64,000 nucleotides of DNA from an uncultured Chlamydiae bacterium (lineage in GTDB: Bacteria > Chlamydiota > Chlamydiia > Chlamydiales > Parachlamydiaceae): the NCBI GenBank assembly GCA_963754655.1, contig CAVWGN010000001.1, positions 2,176,001-2,240,000 on the forward strand, read 5' to 3'. The translations under genes and the position numbers were made by a program. The notes beneath the pieces were generated by a model. The model had not been told where the DNA came from. It made no database searches and was given only the letters and a program-made list of their open reading frames with translations. Positions 58,877-64,000 of this stretch are shown here, one piece after another (the first letter of the stretch is position 1; each line of letters opens with the position of its first letter).

Positions 58877-61800
58877 ATGAATCGTCATTCACCTCTTGAG
58901 AATTTACATAAAGAATTTGTCCAAGCCCTTCAATCCCATGTTTATTTAGGTCCTGATCAAAACGACCCGACCAAATTAACACGCACTCCTAAAAAAACCA
59001 TTTACCTATGCGAAGTCTTCAAACTTGCCATTGATCAAATTGACATCACTTTGAAACCAATAAATTCGCCAAGCAAGCCGACCGTCGATCATTTACGTTT
59101 ATTGCAACGAGATGGAAAGGTAATGTATGAACGCTATACAAAGGCAACAAACAGCTGGAGTCGCTGGTTTCTTAAAGGATTAGCTCGTATTACGCCTGAA
59201 CTATTATCACCTTTTTTGCCTAGTTGTTTTTCTAATGAGATGGAAAAAGCTGAAAAAAACACTCAAGAAGAATATGAAAAATATCAAAGGTTCATCAGAG
59301 AAAAAATTAGCGCGCTTTCTCCTAAATCACCCATCCTCGAAGATCAGAAGACAGATAATCAAGTAGAACAAGAGAATGTTCTTGTACAAGAAGAGGATAT
59401 TTTTGATCCGCAGCAAGATGAAATGAATGATGATAAGAAAAAGTCAGAGCCTCAAAAGCAAGAGATGAAAAAACCAGAATCCAAACAGCCCGTCGAAAAG
59501 AATGATCCAGCCAAAGAAAAGCAATTGCAAGAACTGCGCAAAAAACGCCTCATTGCTTTGCAAACAGATGACTATGATGATCAGGATGCTGATTTACAAA
59601 ACATATTAGAACAAATTTACGGAGGAGCATCCAGCAATCTAATCACAGAAAATCTAAAGTCAGATACAGTTACCCAATTGAATGACTTGGATGACTGGGA
59701 TGAATTGAATGACTTGGATGACTTGCATTTATCAGAATATCTCTCAGAATATCAAGAAAATGACGAGATTTTGGACGAAAGAGAGCAAGCAAATGCGAAA
59801 ACTTCCAAACCTTTTTCTCTCACTCAACTCAAACACCCCTCCCTTATAACCCCTATAGCCACCCCTTCAAAGGAAGAGATTGAAAAGGCACGTCAAAAGG
59901 GTATTCACACTGCTTTGCAAAACCTTCGTAATGGCTTGCAATGCATCCAACAATTTGCTGACTATCCTCTTTCTCGAGAAAGATATATCAATGTTCTCAT
60001 CCGCATGGCTAATGCGACAAGCATTATGATGCATTTAGATCCTGATGCGCAAAGTTCTTTAGAAAAAGTGGGGATCAAAGATAAAACATTTGAAGTTTTA
60101 AGAGACTCGAGTTTTCAAGCAGCTTTATACTTACGTCAATTTGATCAGATAGGTCATCTTCTCCAATCTACTTCCTGGCATGATTCTTTCACTGAAGCAA
60201 TGGCTCAGGAAGGGCATATCAAGTTTGGAGTACGAAAAGTGGTTGGACAAGTGATTATGCAATTGGCAAATGCAGAAGGACAACCAGTAAAGGAGAAGGA
60301 CTTCCAAAATTACCGAGGTTCAGTGCATCTTGTTCTTACTGACTTCACGCTTTTAAGCGAGATGGAAGAATTAGTGAAAGTTTTAAATACATCCTCCTCA
60401 TGCCGTCCATGTCACGTTGTCATCAAAGTACAAAATCCTTCATCTCTAACGCCCGAATTTTTCCAACTTCTGTTGAAATTAAAAGAGCAAGTGGCTGAAA
60501 TAAAAGTAGAGGGCGTTCAAGAGATTAACTTCCAGACGCTTGCCTTATCTGAAGCGGATGAACATCTCTTTGTTCAACATTTAGAGAAATTTCAATTTTC
60601 CGATCTGAAAAGCTTGACTTTATCCAATCATCCCAAAAAAGATTGGACAGCAAACGATTTCTCTCTCTTATTGGCTTTCTGTTTCACTAGCGAGTTATTA
60701 AAAGACTGCTATCGTCTTTGCCCTTCTTATCAAGACATTGTCATTCCAATTCAATTTACTACATCCACAGCAATTGATTTCACAGGATTTAATCTTGATC
60801 AGATTTCTTATCTTTTGTCTCAATGTTCTGATTTAACTTATGCCAATTTCAGTGGCTTACCTATGACAGATAATCAATTATTTCAGTGGATGCAACAGGG
60901 CTTTTTAGCAAATGTCAAAACCCTGCATTTCAAGGGTTGTCCGAACTTAACCACAGATAGCTTACCAGTGCTCGCAAATCTTCCTCAATTGGCAAGAGTC
61001 TCTCTTCCCGATTTACCAAAAGGTAAGCTTCCACTCAATCAATTGCCTAAATTTGATAATCCTTTTAAAATTAAAATGTTATACACGACTTCTCAAGCTA
61101 CACAATCGCTTGCATCTGGCTTGTATACAGGTCCGCAATTATGGGCACCTATCTTCCAAATCCCCTTAGCTCGCCAAGGAGTACCCAACGTTTTTACCCA
61201 AAAACGGTTAGATCCCAAGAGTGTGGCTTATTGGCTTCATCAAAATGATTATCAACATTTAAAACCTCAAACAAGCGTTCTGACAATTTTAGCAGATTCT
61301 AATGAAAAACTCACTGATGAAAATTTAGTGGAATTTGTGAAGAAATTTCCTGAAACCGTGGGTCTCAGTTTATATAATTGTCCTCATGTCTCGGATACAG
61401 GAATTATTAACTTGTTAAAAGAATGTCCTACAATCAAAAACATAGATTTAATGGGATGTCCTCACATTACGGAAAGTTTATTTTTTGAACCTGGACATGA
61501 AGAGGTCCTGAACAAATTGCATAAACTCATCATCACTGATACAGGAATTTCAAGAGATATTGCTACCCTTTACAAGGACAAGGAAAAGATGGGCCCAAGG
61601 CTTGTATTTGAAGAAGCCACTCTCACTATTTCAGATGATGATTTGATTGATGAGGATGCTCTAGAAAAGATCTTATCCAAACAAGATTTGACCAAGCTGA
61701 AGCGAATTAATTTAGAGAAGTGCACAAAACTCAATAATAAAATATTAGGACAGCTATTGGATCATCTCAATGCTCCGACTGACATTCAAACACAAGAGGG

Positions 61801-62926
61801 AACATGGATAGATAATCCTCAACGTTTGAATTTAGCCATCTTGAATTTAAGTGGTTGCAGCAATATTACCGACGAAGCCTTTGATCAAATCAAACAGACC
61901 GAAATAACAGACGCAGATAATGTTCCTCTTGATCAAATTAAAAAACCTAAGTTTGAGCCTAAATTTCTTGAAAATTTGGATCGCATTGTAATAGGAGGAA
62001 CAAAAATTTCACAAGTCTTAAAGCTTGTTTATCCTAACGTCACTTTTCAAGAATTTGAAGAACCTATTACAATTCAAATTGATGAGGAAAAACAATTGCA
62101 AGATTGCATCGCTTATCATGAGAAAAAAGCGCAACATGCGTTGAATGATGATGAAGAAAAAGAATTGATAAAACTTTCTGCTTGCTATCTTCATAACCGC
62201 ATTGCGGTTGAACTCTTTTGCGAAAATGAAGACTTAGCACACGACATCCTCAGCCAAACAATTAAACCAGATGCTGAAGAGTTTTGTGATTTTACTCTTA
62301 CCTTCAAAGAAGAGGATCATGCTGATCCCTCTCTCATTCACGTCCATCGCGATGCCTTATATTCTCAGTCTCTTTACTTTGTCAACGGCCTGAGACCAGG
62401 AGGAAAGTTTAGTAAAATTGGTGGAACTGTTTTTACTAATGTTCATGCCAATCCTGAAGCAGTTCAGGCAGTTAAAAATTTACTATATGGCAAATTATGC
62501 ATTGAAAACTTAGATTGGAGAACAGCAGCTGATGTGGCTGAACTTGTAGGTCCAAAGATCTTTCACCTTGCATCGGGGATTTATAATGCTCTTCTAGCTC
62601 GTATTCATAGTCAATTTTCAATTGACGAGGCTCACGAAATGTTTGAAGCAGCTGAAGCATTAGAAGATAATCAAGGCAAAGAAGAATATGAAAAGACTCT
62701 ACTCTTTCATTTAGAGAATTTGGGAGAAATGGATGACGATAACTTCCAGAAAATTGCAAATCTTGGTCGAGGATATGGATTGAAAGAGCTAAATGCTCAA
62801 GTAGAGATCATACAAAAAAATAAGACGGATGCCATCAATAGGCAATTACGGGCTGAAGAAGCAAAAAAAAATGAAAAACTCATTCAAAGAATGAAAAAAG
62901 CTGGCCAACTAACCGACTTCGTCTAA
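58877..62926 (+). CDS. Large LRR (Cys-containing, FBXL-type) protein with C-terminal BTB/POZ-like domain
   Basis: LHFKGCPNLT, LSLYNCPHVSD, LNLSGCSNITD repeats; FCDFTL...IHVHRDALYSQSLYF BTB-like motif. Confidence 0.75.
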   Translation: MNRHSPLENLHKEFVQALQSHVYLGPDQNDPTKLTRTPKKTIYLCEVFKLAIDQIDITLKPINSPSKPTVDHLRLLQRDGKVMYERYTKATNSWSRWFLKGLARITPELLSPFLPSCFSNEMEKAEKNTQEEYEKYQRFIREKISALSPKSPILEDQKTDNQVEQENVLVQEEDIFDPQQDEMNDDKKKSEPQKQEMKKPESKQPVEKNDPAKEKQLQELRKKRLIALQTDDYDDQDADLQNILEQIYGGASSNLITENLKSDTVTQLNDLDDWDELNDLDDLHLSEYLSEYQENDEILDEREQANAKTSKPFSLTQLKHPSLITPIATPSKEEIEKARQKGIHTALQNLRNGLQCIQQFADYPLSRERYINVLIRMANATSIMMHLDPDAQSSLEKVGIKDKTFEVLRDSSFQAALYLRQFDQIGHLLQSTSWHDSFTEAMAQEGHIKFGVRKVVGQVIMQLANAEGQPVKEKDFQNYRGSVHLVLTDFTLLSEMEELVKVLNTSSSCRPCHVVIKVQNPSSLTPEFFQLLLKLKEQVAEIKVEGVQEINFQTLALSEADEHLFVQHLEKFQFSDLKSLTLSNHPKKDWTANDFSLLLAFCFTSELLKDCYRLCPSYQDIVIPIQFTTSTAIDFTGFNLDQISYLLSQCSDLTYANFSGLPMTDNQLFQWMQQGFLANVKTLHFKGCPNLTTDSLPVLANLPQLARVSLPDLPKGKLPLNQLPKFDNPFKIKMLYTTSQATQSLASGLYTGPQLWAPIFQIPLARQGVPNVFTQKRLDPKSVAYWLHQNDYQHLKPQTSVLTILADSNEKLTDENLVEFVKKFPETVGLSLYNCPHVSDTGIINLLKECPTIKNIDLMGCPHITESLFFEPGHEEVLNKLHKLIITDTGISRDIATLYKDKEKMGPRLVFEEATLTISDDDLIDEDALEKILSKQDLTKLKRINLEKCTKLNNKILGQLLDHLNAPTDIQTQEGTWIDNPQRLNLAILNLSGCSNITDEAFDQIKQTEITDADNVPLDQIKKPKFEPKFLENLDRIVIGGTKISQVLKLVYPNVTFQEFEEPITIQIDEEKQLQDCIAYHEKKAQHALNDDEEKELIKLSACYLHNRIAVELFCENEDLAHDILSQTIKPDAEEFCDFTLTFKEEDHADPSLIHVHRDALYSQSLYFVNGLRPGGKFSKIGGTVFTNVHANPEAVQAVKNLLYGKLCIENLDWRTAADVAELVGPKIFHLASGIYNALLARIHSQFSIDEAHEMFEAAEALEDNQGKEEYEKTLLFHLENLGEMDDDNFQKIANLGRGYGLKELNAQVEIIQKNKTDAINRQLRAEEAKKNEKLIQRMKKAGQLTDFV

Positions 62927-62964
62927 ATTTGATGTCCGTTTGATAGCGAAGCTAGTTACATATT

Positions 62965-62991
62965 GGGGCGCAGCAAATCCTGCGCCCCTAC
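62965..62991 (-). repeat. GTAG-type REP-like hairpin, possibly acting as a terminator
   Basis: Minus strand: gtaggggcgcaggatttgctgcgcccc. Confidence 0.55.
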
Positions 62992-63117
62992 ATGGCTCTA
63001 TTAGCTTTAAATAAGGGCCTGCCAATCGGTTCAGAAGAGATAAAGAGCGCTCCTAGCGCTAAATAATATAAACTTATGAATAAAAATTAAAATTATAAAT
63101 TTAATTAAAGGACATTT

Positions 63118-63975
63118 ATGCAACTTACGCCCATTAATTTACAAGCAGGCCAAACTACTTTGAATGAAGCTTGCTTAAACACTTTACTGCCTTTTGAGGC
63201 ATTAGCAATTATTTTTGATCAGGTGGTCAATCAAAAAAGCCCACTTGTAAGTGATATTTCTTCTATTTTACTCACTTGTAAAAAATGGAAAATTGTTTTT
63301 GAAAATAATCCTTGCATTGCATTAGCGCATTTACTCACTTGTAGAAAAATGGAAATTGTTTTTGAAAAGAATCTTTTCATTGGACCAACGCAGATTGGAG
63401 CACCAAGGCAGACTTCTTTTCAATTTGAACAAAGTACATTTCCCCAAGAATGTCTCGCCACTAGTCAAAAGAAGTATTTTACCTCTCAAGAACTTAAGTT
63501 GATCGATTTAGCCTACAAAAATTTCCCCGACCTAGCAATACTTAACTTTAGAAAATTATTAATGATTAAATCACAGTTATTTTGTTCTAATAGTTTACTT
63601 CTCTTCCTTTTGGATCGCTATTCCTGGAATCCTCAAGATTGCAAAAGGAGCGCCAATAAGAATATTCAGCAAGTGGCCGAAAAACAATTGTCTATTTTAA
63701 ATTCTCTTGTATATGGTACTGACGATCAAAGATTAATGATGATCAAAGAGGGTTTTATTGCAGAACTTTACCGTGGCGGTCAAGAAGATCTAGAGGAATG
63801 GGATCAGGCAAAAAATTCTATCATGTTTACCCTTACAAAATTTCCCAATTTTAACGATAAAAAAGCAATTATGCAAGTCGTTCGCTGTTTTGGGCATTCG
63901 GCTTTTGATATACTGCTCTGGTCTATTGCACTTAAAGCCCGTCAGGCTGATGCAGGGGATCTGAGCTTGCAATAA
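63118..63975 (+). pseudogene. F-box-like/DUF4116-family paralogue truncated just before its repeats by a REP-like sequence
   Basis: Homologous to the 0.7-8.7 kb genes up to FGHSAFDI; from 63914 it matches the repeat at 45425-45495. Confidence 0.75.
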
Positions 63976-64000
63976 TAAGGAGTAGACCGCAGTCTAAAAT

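Overview
AT-rich chromosomal window from an environmental chlamydia (Parachlamydiaceae/Protochlamydia-like). This is inferred from the fused glyQS, rnhC, the dapB-dapA-dapL block, pheS without an adjacent pheT, and expanded F-box/BTB genes. The housekeeping backbone is waaC, an RluA-family gene, pheS, rplT, rpmI, infC, tRNA-Val(GAC), uvrC, rlmN, glyQS, dnaG, recD2, a PLD, dapB/dapA/dapL, two marC genes, truA, dps, DUF368, a rodZ-like gene, rnhC and recN. Four unusual layers sit on this backbone. (1) The ancestral thrS slot (tRNA-Val - thrS - infC - rpmI - rplT - pheS) holds an intact 587-aa ThrRS paralogue that has lost its Zn, ATP and editing residues but keeps a well-conserved anticodon-binding domain, i.e. 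a probable pseudo-enzyme. (2) A transposase-free system of nested, modular palindromic elements: CTAG-flanked MITE-like shells carry interchangeable REP-like cores, insert into each other, and in one place form a 5 x 133-bp array. (3) A tandem array of F-box + 25-aa DUF4116-repeat genes whose duplication history is recorded by relics of the waaC 3' end. (4) Eukaryote-like candidate effectors: a USP deubiquitinase, an LRR-BTB protein and a PI-kinase-like protein containing a LysM domain. All calls come from reading motifs by eye; no searches were run.
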